A DNA stretch of 58,448 nt, filler included, from Sphacelaria rigidula (lineage: Eukaryota), in NCBI GenBank assembly GCA_964200075.2. It is 8 parts of 8 records of this genome, joined end to end, with 100 filler letters (N's around TTAATTAATTAA, not from the genome) between each part and the next. Parts side by side here need not be neighbours in the genome. Positions count along the whole stretch, not along the records: positions 43,913 to 51,130 come from CAXNAA020015909.1; positions 51,231 to 58,448 come from CAXNAA020015910.1; 6 more parts are not named here. One strand, given 5' to 3'. The notes beneath the pieces were generated by a model. The model ran no database searches and was not told the origin of the DNA. It was given only the letters and a program-made list of their open reading frames with translations. The first letter of the stretch is position 1, and every line of letters begins with the position of its first letter. Made by a program: the position numbers and the translations under genes. This document shows, piece by piece, positions 48,645 to 58,448 of the stretch.

Positions 48645-51460
48645 GTAAAGTATCGTGTGTCTGCTGTATACGTGGAGTTATGCTCGTTCCTGGGCGCATG
48701 GTCTGCAGGTCTGAGGATCATGTGTTGTGTGTTCGAGGTTGTTGAAGGCCGAACAACCGGCAGTGCCGTGCCCCCCACACACATGAAAGACGTCTCGTTT
48801 CTCACCATGCTGTCATGTATATCCGGCGTGAGATGAAGTGCGGGCTACCTAGCCCTCGGCCGAGCTGCAAAGTTTGCATGCAGGTAGTGTCTCTGGAAAT
48901 AGCTTTTTACTGATTCTTCTGGGCGACTATTTCATGATCTTTCATCTGGAAGCAGTCGAACCGAGGTTAGCAAAGCCCGAAGCTGTGGCAAGTAGGTCAG
49001 GCAGGGCGGTGCTGACTGACTACACCTCGGACTGTGCTGACGCAAAAATAGCGGTTATGGCTGGGGTACCGACCGCTACTACACGGCGCATGTTTCAGGT
49101 GGCGAGTTTGTCCAACATAACAAGAGGATCAAGTAGAGCCCAGAAAAATCGGCTTCTATTACTATACCTCCGTTTGGACATTGCCAAGAGGGTGAACAAG
49201 CAGAGCTCGACGCGTCAGTCGGTCTCAATTTACACTCGGATTTCACATCTGTGCGTGCCACTTCGTGTTGACTGCCGGCAGGGTTGTTGCAAACACAGAC
49301 GGACTTACATGTGTATGGTACGATTGATCGTGCAACCCAAGTGCAACGAGCAAGAGCTCAGGAGTCTAGGTGGTATGCTTAATTGGGTTGGTCGGTTTTC
49401 ATTGAGAACGTACCTGATGCGATGGTGCCTGGGGCACGGGAGGACAGCATGCTTCCTACATTCGAGCGGTGGTTGTACACTGGGTTGCTGACATGAGTGT
49501 GCAATCTGAGCAACATGTGAGGACGAGCATGCTTGAGTTGATCAGAGGGTTCGTTTTTTAAGCCCACCTCAACCTGTTGACAATGTACAACGCGTTGATT
49601 ACGGCCGCTCTCTCTGGCTCGCGCTCGAGTGTTCGTGGGCAGCGTGCTTGAATCCCATTTTGGTTGTGCACACGGGGTTCGATTCTCGATGCGTTGTCTT
49701 TTTTCTTCGGAGTATCTTGTTTTCACCGTCAAAAGTGTGGGTGCGTGAGCAACCAGAAAGTAGTTGAGGTGAGTTTGTTTAACGACAGGTGACGCGGTGT
49801 GGCAGTGCCGACCTCACCCGCAAGCCCACAATGCAAGGCGTGTACTCTTACGAGAGAGAGGTTATGAAGTCGTCCTTGGGCAGGGGATAGGTTCAAAGTG
49901 CGCAAAAAAAAACGGCACTTGACCTGCACCCAGAACAGTGTAGAGCTGCATCTCCTTTTGAAACGCACCGTGATATTCTCCCTCATGCCTGAGCAACTCA
50001 GATATCTCTATGTGTAGATATGCATGTGAACTTGAAGATTTTTTCACAACAAGCAGTGACTCGAGTACTCGCCCTATCAATTTTTATGGCCAACGAGTGC
50101 TAGTGTCACGAGTCACACTCGTGCTCGTCGTGTGAAACATTTTCAACGATCTGTGATCCGAAAAATCAATCCATGAGAGAAATTGCCTGTAAACGGGCTG
50201 ACATCCTCGCATTCGTACAAATACGGGTTGGTTCACATGGTGTACGGTCTTCATGGCGTTTTATGCACGGCTGTCGAAGCTTATTCGGTGCCTCGCAGGG
50301 TACGTATCCACAATCTCCAAATTCCACAGCAAAAAAAGCAGTCGCTGGCCGTGTACTTCCTGTACAGAGATGAGGCATGGGAAGGACTACTCGGCCGTGC
50401 TGCCACTCCGCGTAACGTCGGCCATTGTGGTATGGGTGTGCACACCAAATATGATGTAGTTTGACGCCCGTGCGCCCAGTTTCACACGCCCCCGGATATA
50501 AGTTGTTCGCTTTTTTTGGCACCATACTGTGCTGGTGCGAGTCGTACCTGCGGAGTCACGTTGTATATCACCCCTAGAAAACCATCTTAATGGGTTATGA
50601 CTTTCCGAGTCACAGTATCAGATCACGGGGGAAAGGGATTCAAACTATGATGCATCATACGCGATGGTGTGCTGACTGTATAGTAAGGAGCGCCCTCGAA
50701 GCTATAGGGGAAGAGCAGGGTGTATCGCTTTACACCTTACTGAGCATCTGTTTGTTTCACGATATGAGTGCAGCTTGTACGTGAGAGATCAGGAAAGCTC
50801 ACCGGGGCCGTTCAACGGTCGTGCTGCTGAGGTGCATGCCTTATTTGTGTCTAGCCCTGAAAAGGGGTCTGCGTTTTGTGGTGGCAGTTATTCGCACGTA
50901 TAGTACATAAGTAGTGAGTCGAGCACGGTAATTAATGGGTTTGCAGCTGAGTCGGCAGAAGAGTGATACGCCAAACCAATTGTCGTTAAAGGCAGCAATG
51001 GTTGTCCGAACAATTGTGTCATGTCGTCTGACACCTACGAACCCTCTTTGTCGTGGGATTAACGAATCCCCACGCCCCCCCCCAAACGATCGCGGCGAGT
51101 GATCAAGCGCTCAAGGATAAGCCCGAGGTANNNNNNNNNNNNNNNNNNNNNNNNNNNNNNNNNNNNNNNNNNNNTTAATTAATTAANNNNNNNNNNNNNN
51201 NNNNNNNNNNNNNNNNNNNNNNNNNNNNNNTCGGAGGGTAATTGTTAGTTTTTTTGGGATGCACAAACATGAGGCCCCCCCCCCCCCCCCCCCGCCCCCC
51301 CTCCCCCGCCCGGCCCTTCAGAAACGTGAAACAAACCGTAATAAACGGGCATTTTTTGGTGTGTTATACGTGTAAATTGTACATGTTTTCATATTTCACC
51401 TGCTTGGTTGACGGTATTCGGGGCCTTGAGTCTCGCCCGTAGTCGGACCCCATGTTAATA

Positions 51461-51734
51461 TCTACGTGGCGTTGCGCGTCGAGTTGAAAAGCCGGGTGCC
51501 ACCCCCTGAAGTCCGAATGGTCACCTGCGGCACCGGATCTTCTGAGGTTAGCCATATGTATTCTCTTTCTTCTTCATTATTTATCCCTGTTTTGCTTTTA
51601 TCACGTTTTGTGAGTTTTAATCTATTTATTTATTTTTCTTGTCTTTTGCTAGCCTGTGACCATGGAAGGCGTCCGAATTCAATGCCCAGTACGAAGTTAC
51701 CGCGTAGATATCGGAACGGTTTTTTCATGTGAAG

Positions 51735-51765
<31 letters not shown>

Positions 51766-51766
51766 C
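51461..51766 (+). mobile_element. Second copy of the (CAA)n-tailed non-LTR 3' end
   Basis: Homologous to 46942-47250 and ends GTGAAGA(CAA)10. Confidence 0.65.
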
Positions 51767-52004
51767 CTGCGGCAGTTTTTATACGTGCGTATATACTACG
51801 AGGCCTTCACGCTATGTGTACCACCAGCAGATGTGTCACGTGATCACGTGTTTTCTCTTACATGAGTGAGTCGTGTCGATCGCGGTTTTCCGCGTGTTTC
51901 CGGTCGGGTGAGTTTGTTGTTCATAACTGATTTTCCAATAGCTCATCCGTGAGTTATAGCAGCATCACTCGGTAATGCATATCTTGGTCAGGTGAGGTAC
52001 AAAA

Positions 52005-52357
52005 TGTGTTGTGTGTGTTGTCGTCTCTTCTATTCTGGACGCCGGTCTACAGTACACCTTTCGGTATATGTGGGCCCACCAGCCGGGGTCACACAGGAGG
52101 AAGGTCAACACAGGAGCTCTTTCTTTTTATTTGTTTGTAATACCCCACCGCCCTTCTGCGGTGCTTGCCTTTGTTTTTTATCGCGAGAGGGGTTCAGCAG
52201 CCCCTTTTCCTCGTCGACCGTTAAGTCGATTTTTGTGTACCCCCGACATAGTCGCTCTCCACTCTTGGGCATGGTGTGAGAAAAAATCCGCGATCACTCC
52301 GACATTTGAACCCACGACCCAATCGTCAGAGGGTTTCGAGGTTACCAACTATACAAC
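52005..52357 (-). mobile_element. tRNA-derived SINE
   Basis: Minus-strand head TGTATAGTTGG (A-box-like) ... GGGTTCAAATG (B-box-like), ~270-bp body, CA-rich simple tail; 5' tip abuts a MITE. Confidence 0.55.
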
Positions 52358-52360
52358 AAC

Positions 52361-52663
52361 GTTTTCGTGAGATTGAGAGTAGGAGATGCGATTGAGAGTG
52401 AAAAGCTGTCAACTACTATTATCCTGTACTGAATGAAGAGTTTCAGTTCCGAAATGCCCCTCCATGAGGCCCGATATGATTTCTAGAGTTTCTTGCCACT
52501 GAAGCCCTTGATATCCCTGAGTAGGATATCGATGTGTAGCTGTATAAGCACACGCCATTGTTTCAGGTAAAGAAAAGCACACAGATAATGATGAATTGGT
52601 CGAGTTGAAGCGAATGATCAAACCCACTCTCAATCAACGCTCTACTCTCCATCTCACGAAAAC
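52361..52663. mobile_element. MITE; left end also at about 36376-36430
   Basis: GTTTTCGTGAGATTGAGAGTAG...GATTGAGAGTG / CACTCTCAATC...CTACTCTCCATCTCACGAAAAC inverted termini. Confidence 0.7.
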
Positions 52664-52677
52664 ATGATTGTTATATC

Positions 52678-52925
52678 TCGGGCAGGTGAGTTATAATCTA
52701 TAACTCAGTTATGCGCATTCCGGGCGGGTGAGTTATAATCTATAACTCAGTTACGCACGTTCTGGCTGGGTGAGTCATAATCTAATTCTCAGTCATGCAC
52801 ATTCCGGGCGGGTGAGTTATAATCTATTACTCAGTTAAGCACATTCCGGTCGGGTGAGTTATAAACTATAACTGTTATTATGCACATTCTGTCTGGGTGA
52901 GTTATAGAGCATAATAACTGAGTTA
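52678..52925 (+). repeat. ~41-42-bp tandem repeat (6 units)
   Basis: Unit CCGGGCGGGTGAGTTATAATCTATAACTCAGTTATGCACATT with internal GAGTTATA/TATAACTC hairpin; degenerate units also at about 51900-51995. Confidence 0.9.
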
Positions 52926-53382
52926 ACCCTTAGACCGCGACGGGTAGTCCACCTAGCTAGATCACACACACACTTTTTTCAAGTGAGATTGATGCAGATT
53001 CAGCAGGTGACCTACCCTCGCGGTCAAAGGCTTCACTCATAATAAGTTGTCCGACCGACGTAACTATTTCGGAGGGTTTTTAGCCTTGCGTTCCCCCAAG
53101 CCCCAAGAAAGAGGGTACGTGCGAAAACACGATTTTTGGGTAAAACAACGTCCCTTTTTCACCCCGAAATCGAGGCAAAGGTGTGCTTTCGCACAGACCC
53201 TCTACGGGAACGGAATAAGGCTGGAAATCCCCCGAAATAGTTTCAGGGATCGAGGTCGGAAGGGATGAGGCCGTCCGTGTGATAGTCATTTGTCATGAAT
53301 TTAGGTCAGGGAAAGCACGACTTTTGAGTTGAACCTCATTTTTTTCAACCCCATTGTCGAGACTCTACTGTTAGATAGCGCA

Positions 53383-53395
53383 CAACAATAGTAGT

Positions 53396-53426
<31 letters not shown>

Positions 53427-53437
53427 ACAACAACAAC

Positions 53438-53489
<52 letters not shown>
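53383..53489 (+). repeat. Compound trinucleotide microsatellite (TAG)(CAG)(CAA)(CAC)(CAA)
   Basis: Read directly from the sequence. Confidence 0.95.
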
Positions 53490-53490
<1 letters not shown>

Positions 53491-54035
53491 ATGTTGACCC
53501 TTTGACTGCGAGGGTAGGTCACCTGCTAAATCGGCATCAATTTTTGGCGTCCACTGATGATGCTCGCCCTTCTTGTGTCCTAGCTCCCTTTCTGTCGACC
53601 GAGCAGCGCGGTTTCCGCATCCTCAAAGCAAACGAATAAGCGAAAAAATAATATCTTCGAGATTTGAGGTACGTTCACTCGAGGAGATTTTGACGAAGAC
53701 AAACGTACGAAGGCAACAACAGGTGGATCATGCAGCATGAATCAACACAACCATGTGTCGTCTATCGCACGCCGCACAACCAACACATCGGGCTTTCAAT
53801 GTACCAATGGTTCCGCAATAAAGATCCTAAAAGCTTCGGATTCACAGGCAAAATAATTTCTGTTCCAAATTCAGCAATAACAATAATTTCCGAGTCTTTC
53901 CAGGGCTGTCTACCAGTTGCGCATTAGCAACAGCAAGCACAACAACCGACTCACTCGCCATCACAACGAGCACCAGGAACACCTCACGTTCTGCTCGCTT
54001 TCTAGCCTCCCAATCGACCGACGAACAAGTGCAGG

Positions 54036-54131
54036 ATGGGGAATGAGATGGGACGGAGCACAAACCGCATGGCCATCGGGGCTATGGCGAACGCTACCCA
54101 CTTTGGCAAGAAGGAGCTGATCGCCCTTCAG
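54036..54131 (+). CDS. N-myristoylated EF-hand calcium sensor (calcineurin B / CBL / NCS-like), first coding exon
   Basis: GTGCAG|G-ATG; MGNEMGRSTNRMAIGAMANATHFGKKELIALQ; Gly2 and a THFxxxELxxL motif as in the CBL/NCS N-terminus; donor CAG|GTCTGT. Confidence 0.7.
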
Positions 54132-55575
54132 GTCTGTTGTACTTGTGTTGCTTGGGTATCTGGTGGATTTTAGTGTTGAGTTGTATATACTTTGTATAAT
54201 GCCGCCGCAGGGTCTGTTTTGCGTACTTGCTGCAGTGGAGACTGCTACCGTGCTTGTTGTTGCTGTAGCAAACCACCAACAACGCCTACATGCATGAAAA
54301 CGGAGTCCAGCTGGCATGCTGTGATTCACACGGTGTCTGGATGTCAGATTATCTTTCCCGTATTTGGCGGCCATTCTTGTGTTGGAAGTTTATTTGGCAT
54401 GGGTGATGATGTGCCTCCGGTTTTTCAAGCGTTTTTTCTTCATTTGCTGTCTCCTCTCTGTTGATTTTTTGTAGTTCAGTATTACATGGCCTGGTGGGCT
54501 CCACACCGTCGATATGGTATTATGATGTTGTAGGGGTTCGAACGGCATTTGACACCTGACTCTCGCGAATAGTTTTATCCCCGTTGTGCATGCACACGAA
54601 GTGTAGGCGCGAAGATGTGGTCACTGCGCTCTGTATGCTGACTGTATCATAGTACAGTATGTACTACAGTACAGTAGAACAAACAGCACTATCTGCACTG
54701 CGTTTCCAGTCTCCTCCTCTGCGCCCTCATCGCCTCGCGGTTCTACGCTTATACCGCATCCAACTACCCCTTGTGTTCTGCTTTCCGTTGAACAGGATGC
54801 AAAAGGCTCCCAAACACAGCTATTGAGCGCTTGTATGCCAATCACGATCAGACACCCCCACCATATGATTTCGAGTAAAAGCAAAATACCTACCCTATTC
54901 ACCGTTGCATACTACTAGTAGGATTGCAGACAATCTCATCCACCCTCTGTAGACGACGCAATAGGCTTCCCCAATACGGAACAACATACTGTCCGTGAAC
55001 TACTCTAGTACTGCTTGTAATACACTAGAGACGAGAGAAATCTTTTGTCAACGCGGCCAAATTCAGTGCAATCCCTTCCACGCACAATCGGTATATACAC
55101 ACATGATACGAGCAAATAACCAAAGCCAGTTACACATAAATACGCCATCCATGGCGTGGGTGTTGAGTATTTGGTGCTTCACCGATCAAACGTGTGAATG
55201 GCGAAGAGGTAAAGAATGAAAAGGGGTACAGACAGGGTGCAGACAGACAGGGTAAGTATTTTGCTTTTTCCTCACAGCAAGTTGTGACTGCAGCGCCAAA
55301 GTCATGTTGTCCGTGCGAGATGATCGTTAACTCCTGGTCTTCAACCAACCCCTGTCCTGCCCTTCCGATGCTTCAGTGGTCGCGCCGTGTACCCTCCGTT
55401 ACCATCTTTGATGCAGCCCCTTTTTTCCGCTCTATCTCTTACTCTAATCCCTCGACCCCACTACCCTGCCCCATGTTTGCGTTTTCGCGAAAAATGCTGT
55501 GCGTACCTTGTACAAAATGTGGGCGGTGAAAAACACCGCTTTGATGCGACAACATAATCACCTCGAATGCCACAG

Positions 55576-55640
55576 CGCAAGTTCTTCGAGCTGGCGCAGA
55601 GAGAGGGCAACCCGTACACAATCACAAGAGTTGAGTTCCG
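55576..55640 (+). CDS. Same calcium sensor, second coding exon (degenerate first EF-hand)
   Basis: CCACAG| RKFFELAQREGNPYTITRVEF(R) |GTGAGT; in phase with exon 1; the F..L......IxxxEF pattern matches EF1 of calcineurin-B-like proteins. Confidence 0.7.
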
Positions 55641-58448
55641 GTGAGTTCCGTATGCAAGCGTACACAGCAAGCATTATGTTGATGGGACACGGAGTTTTTT
55701 TGCCCTTGTTCACGTCATGCCCATCTACGTCTGTATACTTGTAGGTGCCGCGTCTGTTTCGTTTTCAGTTTCCGAGCGGGGTAGCTTTGAGGTTTGTTCC
55801 CCTTTATGGGATATGCACATATAGTATACTTGTCTACATATTGAAAAATTTTGATTTTCAAATTTTCCAGTGGACCCTGAGTGGACTGGAAATCGTATCT
55901 TGCAATTGCGTAGCTGCGATGGTTCTTGTGCTCTTTTGTCATGCAAAAATGCAAAAATTTTCGTCGTCGTGCGGTTCTCTAACTTCAACTAGGAGACTGA
56001 GGCCCCGTCTCAGGCCAAACCATGACGGGTGTTTGCACCGATGGCTAATGCGCAGTTCAAAGTAGATGATCAGCTGCTGGGGTATCTGACTGCCCTCGCG
56101 TGCCGTGTGTTCGAGGCGATGCCCCCACCCAGGCTGGCGTGAAGATATAAAAGTTTGCTCTCTGAGCGTGACGCTACTTTCGGAACAGTATCACCACCTG
56201 ACTTCTCGCGCCTGAAGTCTTGGGGTGGTGTTTTCCCCTTATATCATTTAGGTGACAAAAAACACGTATTTCTTTTCAAAGACACTGCCTAGAATGCGGT
56301 TGTGCGAGTGCTCAACGGCAAACGGATATGGCGCGCCATGACCAACAAGCGCGGAACAACTCAATCGGCCACATCCTGAAGTACTTGTCTGTATAAGCAC
56401 TGATAACTTTACGGTTGTGCTTTGTTCCGTACAAGTGCATGTTTCCCCCCCCGGCATTTTGAGTACGCCCCCCCGCCGGCATTTTGCAGGCCGTTGTTTT
56501 GGCAAAATATGCCTACCGACCCCCGTCGCACAGTGGCACAACAACGGGGCGTTTATGCACTCAAAAGGTTCAGAGGTTCAACATTTCGTTGTGAAAAAGA
56601 GGGCGTTCCCTTCATTGTGTTGGTTTTTGGACGACAAAAGTACCGTATAACACATAGCAGTCGGACTCACCGGGGGGCACCCTGTTGACCGCAGACACTC
56701 TCTAAACTCCCGAATTATGCAGCTTTTTTTCATGGCAGCCTGTGTCGAAGTCTACTCGTATTTGATTCACATGTTCATGTTGATAACCCCGCGCCCCCTA
56801 GAGAATGAACGGTGTGACATGTTCGATATTTCACAAAATCCCGCAATCCCCCCAAACCCTCCTTCCCTGCCCGATCAGAAGTCTATCGCAACGTACCTCT
56901 TGACATCTATGGCAGATCCTCGCCCATGTGCTCTATTGCCCCGAATCCGCAGAACAAAATCCCCCACATCTTGTATAAGGCGCCATCACCATTTGAAGTC
57001 GACTCTACTCGTACCATCCAAACCACGCCCGCCTGCCCTCTACCCCCTCGACGGTGAGAAAAGTCGCACCGCGAAGACCCATGGACTGCCAGTGTGGATC
57101 ATATGCTGAATCGCCGTCATGATTTTCACTTAAAAAGTGAGACCATGACCTTAGATTGCACACACTCGCTGTCGAAGGGTTGAAAAACATCCACTGAAGA
57201 AATGAAGGTGATGGTAGTGTTGGGAAGCTGAAATATTCGTCGTCCGTCATGCATTGTTCGTCAGCGAGGTGTACGCCTGCACGCTTGATGGATGCTTCAA
57301 CTCTCTGGACCGCGAGGGTAGTCCATCTGGATCATGCAATTTTTTTTGAAGTGGAATGAATACCGATCCAACAGATGACCCACCACTGCGACTGCTGTCA
57401 CGAGGGATATTTGAGCACATACACGTGAACGTCTCCTCGTGTCTGGTCATCACCGCAGCCAGTGATCAATACGCAAGAAGCCACCTCATGAGTCGCCAAA
57501 CGACGGACAGTGGGAAGAGTAGAGTGCAAAAAAATCCCCGCCCTCGATACGGGGATGAATTTTACATCGTCAAAAATGTACTGCGTACACTATCGAATAT
57601 GTAGTTGACAACAGCGCATTCATATAACACATTCCATTCTGCACGCAGCGCACTTCTCACTTTTCGATGATAAATAATTGTTTTTTTTGTTCAGTGTATG
57701 AAAGGATACAAAAAAAGGTGTATTTTCGTTCACAAGTATATAGTGTGTGATGGGTCGAGAAATGTGCCGTGAAATCATCACGGAGTGAAAAGCCCAGAGC
57801 CCCTCGCGATAGAATGTCACTCGCGGGGTGCACAACAGCACACCGAGATTACTGTGCGTGCCATGTACGGGCGACCGGTCGCTGCCTCCACAGTACAGAC
57901 AGCGCAATCCACCAGATGGGAAAGAGCGATTGGTCATCAGTGATCGCTCTGTTTGGAGCGATGTTTTCACCCACAGAAGGTTGAAATGTACCAACACGAG
58001 GACTGTCTACAGGGTACAACGTGCGCATATCTCCAGGTCTAGGTCGGGTCAGTCGTCGGACCGTAGGGGTACAGGGCTCTAGTTCTCTAGGGGCGTGGAG
58101 ATTATTTTCTCTTTGCTGCAACCTTGCGATGTGGCGAGATGGATCCAGACCCGAAAATTCAGTGTGAATCCAGGGAACAGTATAGTCGACAGGTGTTGCG
58201 TGTCGAATGGGGGACGGGGCTGGACCGCAGCAGAGTTTACCACTTGGGATGGTGAGAAATTTCTCAGATAGTTCGACTTGATTTTAGTCTCGAAATCGAA
58301 AATCCGGATCTTTAAAAGGGCCCGTCTTAACGAAGGGGATAATCTCCTGTAACGACCGCTGATTGGTCGCTGCGATATCACCCCACCAAAAAAATCCCCT
58401 AAATGTGCACAGAAATCCCCTCTCCGATGGGGATTTCAGGAAGTGCAA

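Noticed and set aside
52678..52925. 41-bp hairpin repeat as a CRISPR array
   Set aside because: The whole unit is repeated and there are no variable spacers.
47079..53522. Poly-T, poly-V, poly-L and poly-C ORFs
   Set aside because: They are translations of microsatellites.

Overview
This is eukaryotic DNA, not a prokaryotic locus. The window is eight unrelated contigs of 7218-7219 bp, apparently sorted by length, joined by artificial 100-bp N44-TTAATTAATTAA-N44 linkers, so nothing is syntenic across a linker. The most likely source is a brown alga (stramenopile, Phaeophyceae). This is inferred from TTAGGG repeats, signal-peptide plus A|F plastid-targeting first exons, short exons with kb-scale GT-AG introns and chromodomain Ty3/Gypsy remnants. 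Almost all ORFs in the six-frame track are spurious. Host-gene fragments: two exons of a PfkB-family sugar kinase (minus strand, contig 4), two exons of an N-myristoylated calcineurin-B/NCS-like EF-hand protein (contig 8) and two putative plastid-targeted first exons (contigs 1 and 7). Mobile DNA dominates: two decayed Ty3/Gypsy elements (one a chromovirus lacking the RT core, with an intact 3' LTR), hAT-like MITEs (CAC termini, 8-bp TSD), piggyBac-like MITEs (TTAA, CCC...GGG), a Tc1/mariner-Stowaway-like MITE (TA), tRNA-derived SINE heads, (CAA)n-tailed non-LTR 3' ends and long foldback hairpins. The most unusual items are a MITE carrying internal TTAGGG repeats (one copy is abutted by an LTR inside that tract) and a three-level nested element in which piggyBac-like units sit in the TTAA of a 42-bp satellite. 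I found no CRISPR array and no clearly novel protein-coding system.
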